NCBI RefSeq assembly: GCF_001194135.2
Contig: NC_068982.1
Location: 124,178,368 to 124,242,367, forward strand
From: Octopus bimaculoides
Lineage: Eukaryota
DNA length: 64,000 nt
Reading direction: 5' to 3'
The position numbers and the translations under genes are program-made. The notes under the pieces were generated by a model. It did not search any database. It was not told where the DNA came from and worked only from the letters and a program-made list of their open reading frames with translations. Positions 1 to 13,646 of this stretch are shown here, piece by piece. How positions within the stretch are numbered: position 1 is the stretch's first letter; the number at the start of each line of letters is the position of its first letter.

Positions 1-102
1 GGCATGGACCCTAGAAAACCAATAGATATTAAAGATTTTCATTCTGATATTACCATCAAAAAAGAAGAACAACGTGCATTGAATATTGTCCTTCAGAAAG
101 AG
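1..102 (+). CDS. CEP290: CEP290 exon (5'-truncated by window): GMDPRKPIDIKDFHSDITIKKEEQRALNIVLQKE
   Basis: Open frame 1, donor gttagt at 103; resembles human GLEPKTMIDLTEF...RAENQILLKE. Confidence 0.85.
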
Positions 103-1029
103 GTTAGTTGATGATTGATAGAATATTGCTATGTGATTTTAGATTAAGCTTTGATTAACTGGAAATGAATTGACATAATTAGTTCTCAGGTATGATATTA
201 AATTGATAAACCACATAGCTTATGATATGAGAAAAGGTTGAGGTAATATTTGATGGTAACCAGTAAACTAACATTTTAGCTTTCTAGAAAGTCTCTGACA
301 CATTACATCTTCCATTTTTTCTTTACAAGAATGAATAGTATTGAGTTATTTTATCAATCAAGGAGATGTGACTGAGGACTGGCAAACCAGAAGGCTGCAC
401 CAGGCTTCAATCTGATCTGGCAGTTTCTACAGCTGGATGCCCTTCCTAACACCAACCACTCCGAGAGTGTCGTTTGTACTTTTACGTGCCACCAGCACGA
501 GGGCCAGTCAGGCAGTACTGGCAATGGCCACACTCAAAATGGTGTTTTTTTTACATGCCACCTGCACAGGAGCCAGTCCAGCGGCACTGGCAACGACTTA
601 GCTCAAATGTTTTTTCATTTGCCACCGGCGCAAGTGCCAGTAAGGCGACGTTGGTAATGATCACATACAAATGGTGCTATTTACATGTGACTGGCACGGA
701 AGCCAGGCAGCTGCTCTGGCAATGATCATGCTCAGATGGTGAGGTGTGAAAAGTCTATTTGTTGAGTTATAACGATACAAATATGTAAGCATTGTTAAAT
801 GGCTTATAATATAGCAGTAAATATATAATGAAGCATAAACAGAAGAGACATGGGTTCAATTCCCACTATTCTCTTACTTTTTATTTACTTTCACATTTGA
901 TGTTTGTATCTGTATAAAATACTTTGATTAAGTAATTAAACAAATGAACATACACATCTACACTTATATATTCATGCTTATGGTAAAAGGATACATGGAC
1001 ACTCAACTACTCAGTAAAATATTTTTCAG

Positions 1030-1103
1030 ATTGAACGTCTTGAAGAAGAAAGGATTTTATTAAAGCAAAACTTACGGAAACTTGCTCAGCAAACAGGACA
1101 AAG
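1030..1103 (+). CDS. CEP290: CEP290 exon: IERLEEERILLKQNLRKLAQQTGQR
   Basis: tttttcag acceptor, gtagtg donor, phase 0 to 2; resembles human IESLEEERLDLKKKIRQMAQ. Confidence 0.9.
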
Positions 1104-1609
1104 GTAGTGAAAGTTCCATAATTTATTTGACTTTTTGGGGTAAACTGTGTTCATGAGTGAGTCTTAAATAGTAATGAAAATTGATTAACTAACTGAATTT
1201 ATAAGGTATCAAAGACTAGATAATTCTTACTTTACCACCAACACTATCCTGTTCCTGGTGAAGACACTTGATTTTCAGTAGCGCAATCCACTTAGAGATA
1301 CATTATTGCAAACCACAGGTACAAAGAAGGGTTTGAGAGCTGGCTGTATTGACAGTGATTCTTCCACTTCTTTGCGATAGGATATCCTGTTACATTGGCA
1401 TATTGTTGAAGTTTACTTTGACATTGTTTGTAACAGAGGAATAGGGCTATTTGAGGAGAAAGGGTTATAATTCAGAATTTTACCTTTAATGATTGTAGAT
1501 TTGATATTATTGAGAGAATAAATGACTTGTCTAAATTGTCAGTGTTTTAGTGTTTTAATCCACACTATGTCAATTATTTGAAGGACAAGCTATTATTTCC
1601 AAAATAGTT

Positions 1610-2730
1610 CATGATCACAATCCTTTATCAGAAATTCTGAAATCTGGAAGCATATAAAAATTCAGAAGTATTTTGAATGAAAGAAGTGTCAAGGATGGAA
1701 AATTCCAAAAAGTGCTCAGAGGGTTCCTTGGGTATGTATAGATGTTACAAGTAATGCATTGAATCATTAACTGTTGCGGGTGACCTCAACCACTTTGAGT
1801 TGGGCTTGTCCAGTCCAGTTAAGTTGGTGCCTATTTATTGTCAGCAGCTGTCATAGCAATACCTTTGTGCATACTTTGAAAATATCAAAAACAAGATTTC
1901 CCCATGGGTAATAGTGAAAAGATAAGAAGGAAGCATTTATGTTTATTGATATCACAGAAACTGAATTTGTTGGCAAAACTCTACAGTGGTGTTCAGGTGG
2001 AGCATCTGACTGAGGAGTTTGACTCTGGAACAATCACTATATGTGACTTTAAGAAACAAAAGGTCAAACTTTTGAAGTTCTATGCTGAAAGTGGGGGATT
2101 GAAGTTAATGAAAAATAGAAAACCTTTACATTTATCAGAAAATTAAAATATTGATTATGTGTTGCTAGAGTGAAGATATGCCTCTTAATAGACTAATAAT
2201 CATGAAACAAGTAAAAATCTCATAAAAATGAACTGAATATTGAAAGTAACTGTGAATATTCTTATGGCTGTTTATAAAACATCAAAAAAAGGTGTACCAT
2301 TAAATATTTAAAAAATTGTGTCAATAAGTTATTTGTTGATCAATAAGCAGCTGAGAAATTCATTCTTTAGTTTGTATTGATCATTGTTGATGAATATTTA
2401 TTAGCAGAACAGGTGTATAATTCTGATGAAAATCTTTGCTCTGGTATTATTGGCTAATTAAAACATTTGCTACAGCTGGCATAAACCTTTGACCTGCCAC
2501 TATGTTCAGTGATGATAATGGACAAATTCATGAATTTGACTGATTCTTTCTGTCAAGTGAGAAAATGATATCAGGCCTCCTTACATACACAAAATATATG
2601 TTGTCAGAATCCATCAGTAAATTTTATATACTCTACATTGTACAAAATTTATATAAAATAATGTTTGCTGCATATGTATAAGAGGTTTTTATGAAATGTA
2701 AATGGAGAATGGGTTTAGGCTTGTAAATAT

Positions 2731-2769
<39 letters not shown>

Positions 2770-2856
2770 CATTTACTATTGTTTCAAAACTTTAAAATAT
2801 CTGAAATTCAAAGCACTTCTGTTCTCAAGAATTTCAGATAAAGGATTTGATTTAAA
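1610..2856 (+). mobile_element. decayed, internally deleted Tigger/pogo DNA transposon
   Basis: ORF 1904-2146 is a CENP-B-type HTH N-terminus; broken frames continue MPLN..IMKQ..ELNIE.NCEYS..AAEKFI and EQVYNSDE; inverted repeats 1619-1636 / 2830-2847 match at 17/18. Confidence 0.85.
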
Positions 2857-2899
2857 GCAAAGATTTTTATTTTTTATTTCTTAGGTAATCAAAGTTGAT

Positions 2900-3128
2900 G
2901 GAATCCTTTTGATACCTACTTGCTTGAAGCCACCACTGGTTCTAGATACAAACTACCTGTTTTAAAATGATCTACACTAAATCCTTCAGAAAAATTTCAT
3001 GTTAACTTTTGTTCCAAACATCAGGTTAATATGGACAAATTTATTTTATTAAATTTTCCATTATCTTTGAAATAAATTGAAAGAAAGGTGGTGTATTTCA
3101 ACAGAATTATGGTAACAAATGGGTTAAT
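2900..3128. mobile_element. decayed piggyBac-type MITE; related fragment near 48170-48370
   Basis: Ends in gggttaa; shared internal sequence with the 48.2-kb fragment. Confidence 0.45.
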
Positions 3129-3345
3129 ATTGCTTTGTGATGGCAGTTTAATTTGAAATTATGTTGTTAATTAAGAAAGAAGTTTAAGCATTACAAAGTA
3201 ATTAGTCTATAAGGTTTTACCTCAGCATTTAGAATAAGATTAGATTACATTGCTCAGTCTTTAAAAGAAATGTATTTAAATATATTTATATCGTGAATTA
3301 TTTGAAATAATTTCATTCATAGCTTTACTACATATTCTATTATAG

Positions 3346-3484
3346 AGCTGTGGCTTTGGGTCTTACTGCTGATGATATGATATCCATTCAGAATTATACT
3401 GAAGGGTTGAAAATGAAGAATTTATCTAATGTTAACGCAGAGATTCCCAAAAGATTAACAGAGGTTGAAGATTTGAAAATGAAG
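3346..3484 (+). CDS. CEP290: CEP290 exon: AVALGLTADDMISIQNYTEGLKMKNLSNVNAEIPKRLTEVEDLKMK
   Basis: tatag acceptor, gtaaaa donor, phase 2 to 0 fits neighbours. Confidence 0.85.
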
Positions 3485-5669
3485 GTAAAAACCTTGAAAA
3501 ATAAAATTATGTCTAATTGTTAATTTGACTTTGCAGTCTTTTTATTTACTATTTGAAATTAAAATTTTCTTTGTAAGAACCAACTTAAAATTTTTCTTTT
3601 TAAAGAATGCTTCTTATTCCAAAATAACTAGCCAAAATGTGCTCATCATACTACTATATAAAATTACTAATACTATTTTACAATATTCTGAATATTATGA
3701 GCAAGTCTTTATCTTTTTACTGCTAATAATTAAAAGCAAAGTCTTGCTGTTGCTTTTGCCCATGGACATTTCTAATATTCAGTTTTCTATTGCATTAAAG
3801 AATAAATCACTAATTTCTTTGCTGCAGAGTCAATTGACAGTTTACTCTAAATGTTCTTTTATAAATGCAACAAACTTTATGTGTTGTCAACATTAATCTA
3901 ATGTTTCATGATGAGTTTTTCTTTTTTATCCAAGCTTCCAACTCACTTCCATATTGACATTTGAAGAGTATTACTTCACTTCAAGAATATTTGGAAGTGG
4001 TGATTGCACATCTCTCACTTTCTTTATTATTGGATAATTTTCTGGGCAGATCAAAGTTTACATGACTTTTCTGTCTTAATAAACAAACCGGAAAATTGCT
4101 TTTTAAAATTTGTAGTTTTACATAAATTGATTAATATGCAAATTAAACCCACTGCTCAAGGGGAAAGGATCCAAATGTCAAAGAATATAAAAGCAAAGAA
4201 CAATTAAGAAATGAAATAAAGCCAAGTGAATTGATACGAGTTGTATAATGACTGCACTATGTCAGCTTAGGAAGAACATCAAAATGAGTGAATGAATGAT
4301 GACAAGGATGATGCTGATGAGGATTACTATGATGACAACGATGAGGGTGATGATGACAAAAGATGCTGAGGAGGATGATGACAATGAGTAATACAATAAA
4401 GATAATGATGACAATGACGGCGACAGTGATATAGTTGAAGATAACAAAGCTGTTACTATGCTCTAGAATTTTTAAAGGGTTAAGGTTGAGTTGGGAAAGA
4501 GTTAGTGACATAGTTATGTAACAAATTTCATTGAGGATTGTTATATAGGTGTCAGCTCAAATGCTCGAGAAGTATAAACCTGTTGTATCAAGAAATCCCA
4601 ATAATTTAACATGTCAAGCAGAAATGGTTTAAAACAAATGTCTTTGGTATTTATTGTAGTTGTACCAATGCCAATTATAATAATAATAAGAAGAATCAAT
4701 ATTTTGTCCATCATCCTTCCAGAACTGATAAAAGATGTTATCAATTATATCCTCTTCTTTTAAATTTTATGGCCTCATGTCAATGTCATAAGTCAAAAGT
4801 TAATTTAAACTATATATTTAAAGATAGCATGGAAAGCGGACGTTAAACGATGATATATATATATATCATCATCATCATCATCATCATCATTTAACGTCCG
4901 CTTTCCATGCTAGCATGGGTTGGACGATTTGACTGAGGACTGGTGCAACCGGATGGCTATATTGAAAGAATAATAATTGGTAAAGAATTAAGAATAGAAA
5001 TGGAATTTATTACCAATGTTTATTGGTCTTCAATTTTATAAAGCTTCCACCTAATTTAGAGTTAGATATATTCAGAAATATTCTGTTTGCTGGTGACAAC
5101 TTGACACTTAAACAGAAATATTCATGCTTGATTTGGGTAGTGCAGAAAAATAAAAGAGATAAAATGTTTTAAAAGCAATGGCAATATCGTGTGACAAATT
5201 CTGAAAAATTACACTTGATTCGGATCAAACTGACAGTCAAAAGATGTCTTCAAATTTATTGAATTAACTTATGTCATATGGAATAAAAAAAGTTTGACTC
5301 ACTTTGATCTAAGAATTGTAAACACATATAAAAGCTATAATTTTACTTGATTTTCTTCTCTTTTGCTCAAATCTTTAAAATAGTGAAAGTTCATGCAGTG
5401 GTCTTTGTAGTCAAGCAATAAGCTCACCCCAAAATTCTGAGTTCAATCCCTTCTAAATGTGGCATTTAACTAACAACAGGAGGACATCTAGGAGTCACTA
5501 CTTAGGTGAGCCTGGCTCCTTTAGAATGTCAGGAACACTTGTTTGATAGCTCTTGCTCTGAAGATTTCTCCTGCTGTCTGCTTGCCCCATAGCAATTTTC
5601 CACTCACCACAGAACACAAATATGAAAAATGAAGGGAAGTGTCTGTGCATGTGTATATATATGTATATA

Positions 5670-5726
<57 letters not shown>

Positions 5727-6341
5727 TGATTTATATCACTTTCACACAAGCATCTACCACACTCATGTATCTACCAGCCTTTTCCTCATGTCTCATACCA
5801 ACTCTAGTAGTAAGAGATAGGTGGAATAAGGAATTCCTTACTTGAAAAGCAAATAAGGGTTAGCAGCAGGAAAGGTATCTGGTTGTAAATCAATGCTTCA
5901 ATAACATATTCGTTTAATCCATGCTAGCATGAAAAAAATGGATGGCAAACTAAATGAGACATATGAATAAATGTCAGCTTCTTCCTCATCATCATGACAT
6001 GGGTTGGACAGTTCAACAGGATCTCACAAGTTGGAGAACAGTGCTGTGCTCCAGCTGGGGGGGAAAAAACCATGCCACAAATAAACATGACAAATATAAC
6101 AAAGATTGATGGGGTTCTCTGTTGTCTGTATCAGATTACAAGTGGGTAACAGACTTCTTTTGAAGTGGATCTCTCGAACTCATGATGATGATGATGATCC
6201 AAACATATAAAATTGGTTAAGTTTTTTTCTAAAGCAAGTTACACATTTGGAGGTTTGTTTTGTGTAGTTGATAGTGGTGTGAGGTATATAATTATGTGTG
6301 AAAAAAGATATTTAAGTACAAATACTATAATAGTAATGGTA

Positions 6342-6398
<57 letters not shown>

Positions 6399-6751
6399 TG
6401 GCACACACATATATGATGGGCTTCTTTCAGTTTCCATCTATCAAATCCATTCACAAGACTTTGGTTGGCCTGTGGCTATAGTAGAAGACACTTGCCCAAA
6501 GTGCTACACAGTGGGACTGAACTTGGAACCATGTGGTTGGTAAGCAAGCTACTTACCACACAGCCTCTCCTGCATATAATAAGCACAAGAATGGATGTGT
6601 GGTTAAGAAGTTTGCTTCTCAGCCATGTACTTTCAAGTTCTGTCCTACTGCATAGCATCTTGAGTGTCTTCTAATATAGCCCCAGGCTGACCAAAGACTT
6701 GTGAGTGGATTTGGTAGATGGAAACTGAAAAAAGCCCATTGTGTGTGTCCA

Positions 6752-6788
<37 letters not shown>

Positions 6789-7403
6789 ATATATCTATAT
6801 GTATTTATATGTGTATGTCTGTGTGTTTGCATATGTGTTGTTTGTGTTTACATTTGTACCTCTCTGAAAATTTCTGACCTGCAAGTAGTGTCATCATTGT
6901 CATTTACCCTGTCAAATGGCTTAAGTTAGATAGTTCAACTGGATCCAACACATCAGAACACCATGTTGTGCTCTGTGTCTCAGACTCTATGGCTGAATGC
7001 CCTTAATGCTAACAACTTTACAGTATATACTGGATGCATGTTTCTTAGCACCAGCACTATACATGCAAAATCTTGAAGTTAAAGGTCAGCATAAACAAAG
7101 GGGAAAATGAGAGTGCCTTGACATGACATGGAACTCAGAATCATGAAATTTGAAGTTTCAATATATATGTATATATATATGTGTGTGTGTGTAAATAATA
7201 ATATTTTACATTTGAGTGAGGTCATTGCCAGTGCCGCTGGACTGGCTCCTGTGCAGATGGCATATAAAAAACACCATTTGAGCATGGCTGTTGCCAGTAC
7301 CACCTGACTGGCCCTCGTGATATATATGATCAAATGTTTGGAGGTATGGTGTTATATATAAAGTTGTTGACTCGAATTTAATGTTTGTTCTTTGATCAAT
7401 GTT

Positions 7404-7443
<40 letters not shown>

Positions 7444-8035
7444 TATGTATAAAGTCCAAGAATGGAGGTGAAGGTAACACATTTATTCTTTCATTCTTTC
7501 ATTACAATGGTTTCAGTATCATCAGTATTATAAATTAACATTGGAATTTCAGTTTTTATGGAACAGCTTCCTTTAAAGATACCTGTCCACTTCTGTGCAC
7601 TCTGTTATTAAGCATTTGTAGGAGTACTGACTGAAGAAACTACTGGGATTTCTAAATCCCCTTTAAGCTGCTGTATATATAATGTGTTTGAATGTAATGT
7701 GCATATCCATGTGTATGTGTGTGTGTGTATGTATGTGTGTGTGAGTAATCATTACAACAACATTTTATCATTCTGAATTGATGATCTCTTGCTAAGCTGT
7801 TGGCAGAAACAAAAATAAGTGATTAATTATTGCTCAATTAATTGTCTTTTATGAGCCCTCTGATAAATATAAATGGCTCTTAGTAATCATATTTATAGGT
7901 ACTAGAGCACAATGTTTTGTTACTAAGACTTGTAATGGATCTATGACATCAAGTTCCAATATATATGTAGTGAGATAAATATATTTAGACTTCAGTTGAT
8001 GCTAATGTGATTGTTCAATTGATCATTTAGAACAG

Positions 8036-8050
8036 ATACTTGGTTCCTAT
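8036..8050 (+). CDS. candidate 15-nt symmetric micro-exon (ILGSY) of CEP290
   Basis: tttagaacag|atacttggttcctat|gtaagtaagt; frame-preserving between phase-0 exons 3346-3484 and 11135-11303; no transcript support available. Confidence 0.35.
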
Positions 8051-8806
8051 GTAAGTAAGTAATTTTCTAAATTTTATATATTATTAAATGTCTTATGTTA
8101 ATTTATCATAACCTCAGACATCTATAGCTCTTTATTTTCATTTTTTATAATTGTCTGTGTGTGTAGTCCAACCAGCCAGAAAATAGTCCCAAATGTAAAT
8201 ATATCAAAAGGAATAATAAACATCATAGAGATGTGAAACCATGATTATGTGGATATGCTGGCCTCTTAAACAGATACACTTAGAAGAAATATACTTGTGA
8301 CTATCAAGTCACGAGATATTGAAATTTGTTGAAATTTCATAGATATTCATCTCATCCATTCAGTAGTGTCTCAACAAGCCCACATTCAGTTATACATCAG
8401 AATGGTTCAACAAACACTGTGAAAGCAATATATGGAACTGTAAATATAATTACCACTCAAAATACATTAGGAACATGAATTCTGAACTATGTAGCTGTGA
8501 GAGTACTTGTTAAAACAGATGTTTTGGAGCTTTATATATGTATATATATGTGTGTGTGTGTGTGTGCTGCCTAAAAACACATTTTGCAGCATAAATATAT
8601 ATCTTTTGAAATCTTTTGCTTGTTCCAGTCATTTGACTGCGGCTATACTGGAGCATCGCTTTTAGTTGAACAAGGACTTATTCTTTGTGAGCCGAGTACT
8701 CATTCTATCAGTCTCTTTTGCTGAACAACTAAGTTATGGGGTCGTAAACACACCAACATTGGTTGTCAAGTGATGATGGGAGACAAACACAGACACAAAC
8801 ACATGA

Positions 8807-8848
<42 letters not shown>

Positions 8849-9003
8849 ATATATATATATATGATGGGCTTCTTTCAGTTTCCATCTGCCAAATCCACTC
8901 ACAAGGCTTTGGTCAGCTCAAGGCTATAATAGAAAACACTTGCCCAAGGTGCCATGCAGTGGGACTGAACCCAGAACCATGTGGTTAGGAAGCAAGCTTC
9001 TTA

Positions 9004-9194
9004 TGTCTTTATTGCCCACAAGGGGCTAAACACAGAGGGGACAAACAAGGACAGACAAACGGATTAAGTTGATTACATCGACCCCAGTGCGTAACTGGTA
9101 CTTAATTTATCGACCCTGAAAGGATGAAAGGCAAAGTCGACCTCGGCAGAATTTGAACTCAGAACGTAGCTAATGTTTCTGCCAGCTCGCCGCC
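9004..9194 (-). mobile_element. SINE family A nested in a family B copy
   Basis: Perfect 18-bp TSD taggaagcaagcttctta (8986-9003, 9195-9212). Confidence 0.9.
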
Positions 9195-9351
9195 TAGGAA
9201 GCAAGCTTCTTACCACACAGCCATGCGTGTGCCTATTCAAAATATATTATTCATACATAAAACCATATTTCTATGATTAACTTGGGTTCTAAGCAATACA
9301 GCCATACATGCCATTGACTAAAACTGAATAAAAGGATTTGAATTTACCCAG

Positions 9352-9393
<42 letters not shown>

Positions 9394-11134
9394 TTACAGT
9401 CACTTCACCAGATATTAGTGTTTGGTCTTAGATATTTATTTGATTTGCCAGCATTCACGGGTGATTAGACCACCAGAGTGTGTCAACAAACACTGTGAAA
9501 GTAATATTCAGAAATGTGTGTTATATAAGAGTATTGTAATTTATTTCAAGCATTGCAATAAATGTAACAGAAATAAAAGTTTAAAGAAATCCCCATGTTA
9601 AATAGAAGAAAATGATTAAAAAGTTTGGAGAATTGTGTTGTTATATGACCTGCCAATAACAACTAATCTAAATTCTTCGATTAATTACTTTCTTCAGTTT
9701 GAAAATGGAATTTTCCCTTGGATATGATGTATAGTGATGTCAATCAATGAAAATAAAGAGAAAAAAATATTGTAATACCTTACATTGGTTGTTTGATGAT
9801 CCCATAATATTTTGGGAAAAATATCTCCTTTTCAAATTGAAGAAAGAAAAAAAATCAAGTATTTTAAAAAATATCTTTTTATCTAGTTATCTAGAATAGC
9901 CTGCTGCATTACAGGTTGGTAGGTGAAATGAACATAACTAATATACAAGAGTCTTCATTTCATAAACATAGCTGACAGTACAGCACAGAATTTGTGCATC
10001 AGGAGGAAGTGGCTATGTGATAAGAAGCTTGCTTCTCAACCACATAGTTCTGTGTTCAGTCCCACTGCATGGCACCCTGGGCAAGTGTCTTCTGCTATAG
10101 CCTCGGGCCAACCAAAACCTTGTGAGTGGATTTAGTAGATGGAAACTGAAAGAAGCCAATCATATATATGTATATATATGTGTATATGTATATATATATG
10201 GGTATATGTTATGTGTCTGTGTTTGACAACTGATGTTGGTGTGGTTACATCCCTGTAACCTAGCAGTTCGGCAAAGAGACTGATAGAATAAGTACTAGGC
10301 TTACAAAGAATAATTCCTGGGGTTGATTTCTTTGACTAAACATGGTGCTCCAGTATGACCGCAGTCAAATTACTGAAATTAGTAAAAGAGTATATGTTTT
10401 ATATTTGTGAAAACAGGCTAAAGAGAATGTTTGAAGAGAGTTTTTTAAGTGAGCACATTTAACTTTAGACAGTTTTTTCTTGGTCTCTGTATCTCTATTT
10501 TTGTAAAAAATATCTCTAAGCTCGAGAAATATTTTACAAGCAAAATAAGAAGGTATATAGCTAATAACCACAGATATAAGTCAAATGAATTTGATGTTGC
10601 ACTTTTAATTAGATTGAATTTTGCTAAATTGCAGATTTAAGTTGCTTGAATATGTAACATTGGTGAAATGTTAGAAAGCTTTTAGAAGTACTTGTAAGAA
10701 AAACCTTGAATGAGTTTGGTAAGGAATTAAGAAAGGAAATGTCAACCAGAAGATGTTTAAGAAATGTGTCTAATCATTGCAGGCTTGAAACATGAATCTC
10801 AAAATGTCAATGATAACAATTAATTGAGCTCCAGGTGCAAAACTGCTCTAAATTGTGAAAGACATGTCATCTAAAGTGAAACTGTTCTTCAAATCAGTTC
10901 TGAAGACCAAAAGAAAAAAAATTAATTCAAAAGAAAATTAAAGTGTTTTTTTAAAAAATTGTTTACGGAAGTAAAAATAATGAAAATTTAAATTTATTTA
11001 CAAGTTTGGTTGATTGAAATTTATAACAATTTTTAAAGATACATTTATCTTTATCAAACAGGGTTATTGTTTAATATTCTGTTTTGTAAATTTGCTCTTA
11101 TTACTTTTATTTCTCATGTTTTTTCTTTAATAAG

Positions 11135-11303
11135 CATACAGAACTTAATGAAGATTTCAAATTAAATTTGCAACGATTGGACGAATATAAACAAGAAAAC
11201 ATTGCATTAAAAACCCAGAACAAACAGCTTGAAAAAGATAATGCAGCATTGCTAGAGTCGTTGAAAGAACTTAATACAAATATGAAAAGTGGACTTGCAT
11301 CAA
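11135..11303 (+). CDS. CEP290: CEP290 exon: HTELNEDFKLNLQRLDEYKQENIALKTQNKQLEKDNAALLESLKELNTNMKSGLAS
   Basis: Pyrimidine tract plus taag acceptor, gtaaga donor, phase 0 to 1; in frame with ORF 11168. Confidence 0.85.
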
Positions 11304-12435
11304 GTAAGAGCATTTCAAAATTCAAATATAAGAATATTCTGCTTTGCTAATCCTTGTAGAACGGGCGAAATTTTGGCTGGAATGTTATAATTTCTAATTA
11401 AACACTTAGCCTTTATCAGGCTTTTATCAACTCTATTCTTCATCATTTTCCAAACAAGATTGGATGAGGTTGGATTGTCTATGTTCAATCCACTGCAGGA
11501 TGAAGGCCTCAGCATGTTCTCTGCACCAACCATAGTCTGAAGTGGAGGCCATAAATTTGAGCTTGCAGTCATACTGGTTTGATGAGCCTACTCTGCCACA
11601 CTAGCAGTTAAGTTGATTACATTGACCACTTAGTGCTCAGCTGTTACTTATTTTATCAACCCAAAAGGATGAAAGGCAAAAGTCAATCTTGGCAGAGTTT
11701 GAAACTCAGAATGTAAGGATGGATGAAATACTGCTAAGCGTTTTCACCCAGCATTGTAAAGATTCTGCTAGCTTGCCAAACAAGATGAGGTTCCCTTAAT
11801 ATAACAATGTCAAATAACTAAACAAAATATAGGCATTTAGTGCTTAAACTATTCAGCTTTACCTGTTATACAGGTAAATACATATTTCTTTTCTAATTCC
11901 AAAATAAGTAATAAGATGAGTATCTTTTCCTTCATAATTAACTTACTTTTAAGTATCATAGTATGCATGGAAGAAACCTCCAAGTAAGCTGTATTTGCAA
12001 TACAGGTTTTGATGCTCTGATGAGCCATTTCACTTCATAATGTATGCAAAGTTAAGAGTCTGGTGGCAGAGAGACTCTATTAGAGTGATATGCTTTTTGC
12101 TACATGGCATAAAGTTAAAACTTTGACTAAAGTATATGGAGGATTTTAATATATTTACATCAGTTTGTTTAATGTGGAAGTAAAGAAAGAAAGAATACAG
12201 AAAAACATGGTAAAATAATATGAACTTTTGGTATGACTTCTTGTCCCAGGTTATCCAGTTCTTTAATTACTTACTTAATAAGTTGTTAAGTTAACATTAA
12301 AAAACATCTATAATTTATAGTTGTGAACATTTCATTGAATTTTGTCCAAATGATGACTCTGTACTAAGAGCCAATAGTCTTATATTTAATTTTGTAATTT
12401 TTCCTTATTCTTTATAATCTTTTTTTTTTCACTAG

Positions 12436-12485
12436 ATTCAGAAGAAGGAATTATCAAGTGTCCCTCTTTGGAAAAGATTCTTGAA
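12436..12485 (+). CDS. CEP290: CEP290 exon: (N)SEEGIIKCPSLEKILE
   Basis: poly-T cactag acceptor, gtgagt donor, phase 1 to 0; resembles human IIPSLERLV. Confidence 0.9.
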
Positions 12486-13646
12486 GTGAGTTTTTTTTAA
12501 TGCTTTTGTTTTGATTTATTTCCTATATTTAAAAATATTTCTACCTGACAATAGTTATAATTGAGTTGCTATATGAGTTTTATAGAGAGATTGAAATGCC
12601 TATAGAAACAGTTTTTATTGTATCTAATACCATAAATACCAAAATTCTTAATATTATTATGAAGTTGTCAAATGTTATTGTCTACTTCCCAATCAGACAG
12701 CTCATAAATTATGATAAACTGTTTCATTACATGAGCTTCTTACATTTTGACATTACTGATGATTTTAAAGTCATTAAAAGTTATTGATTTCTACCTTCCT
12801 ATCAGGTATAAAACTATATCATAGTACATAAATTATGACAAACCATTTCATTATAAGAGGTTGTTATATTTTGACTTTACTGATGGTTTAGTTTGTGGGA
12901 GAATTTACGTCAAGAAAAAAAATATATATATTTTGATGCTGACTTAGTTTATTAGAAAAGATTTATGTTGGCATAGACTAGTTTTCTTAAAACACAATAT
13001 ATTTTGTAGATGTTAAAAGGAAATTAATCTATTCCAAACTGTTAAAAGAATTTAATTGCATTTTCTCCCATTTCAGTGTGTTAAGAGACCATTTTCACAA
13101 ATGCCATTTTAGTACAAACAAAACTATTAACATTCAAACTATTGTTTGGAAAGCAGGTTAATCATTTTAAATTCAGATCTTTCACCAACATTACTCAAAA
13201 TGATACATAAATCTTTTCCAATAAACTTAGCATCAAGGTAAATTCATTATTTTATATTTACATTATCTGTGTAGCTGACATCTAATTGGTTGCCTTCATG
13301 CTTTAAGTGTGGTCAGTCACTGCTTTTATTTATTTTTTTCTAATGACTTAGTCTGAAGATGAAAGGCAGAATACACAACCCTTTATAGGGTCTTTCTGAC
13401 TGGTGAGAGGAATGGAGAAAGAATGGGTACCTGGTCCAAATGCTTGTGAGAATAGATCTGCTAAAGATACACAAGGACCAGGTGTTATTCTTAAACTAGA
13501 CATCAGATGAAATTTATCTTTTGATTTGGGCTGCTAATCATCATCATCATCATCATCTTCAGCAGCAGCATCAATTTTACTATCATTAGTAACTATTTGC
13601 GTGGAATTGCTTGATATTTAATTTTATCACTATATGAATTTTGCAG

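Noticed and set aside
4257-4511. Hydrophobic/His-rich ORFs; also 46085-46645
   Set aside because: Low-complexity GAT or CAC tracts with no splice or homology support.
5498-5845. YI/CV/TH-rich ORFs here and at many other sites (e.g. 15368-15719, 31230-31493, 62093-62444)
   Set aside because: These are translations of (TA)n and (CA)n microsatellites.
8031-8050. 20-nt version of the micro-exon using the AG at 8029-8030
   Set aside because: It is not a multiple of 3 and leads to a stop with either acceptor of the next exon.
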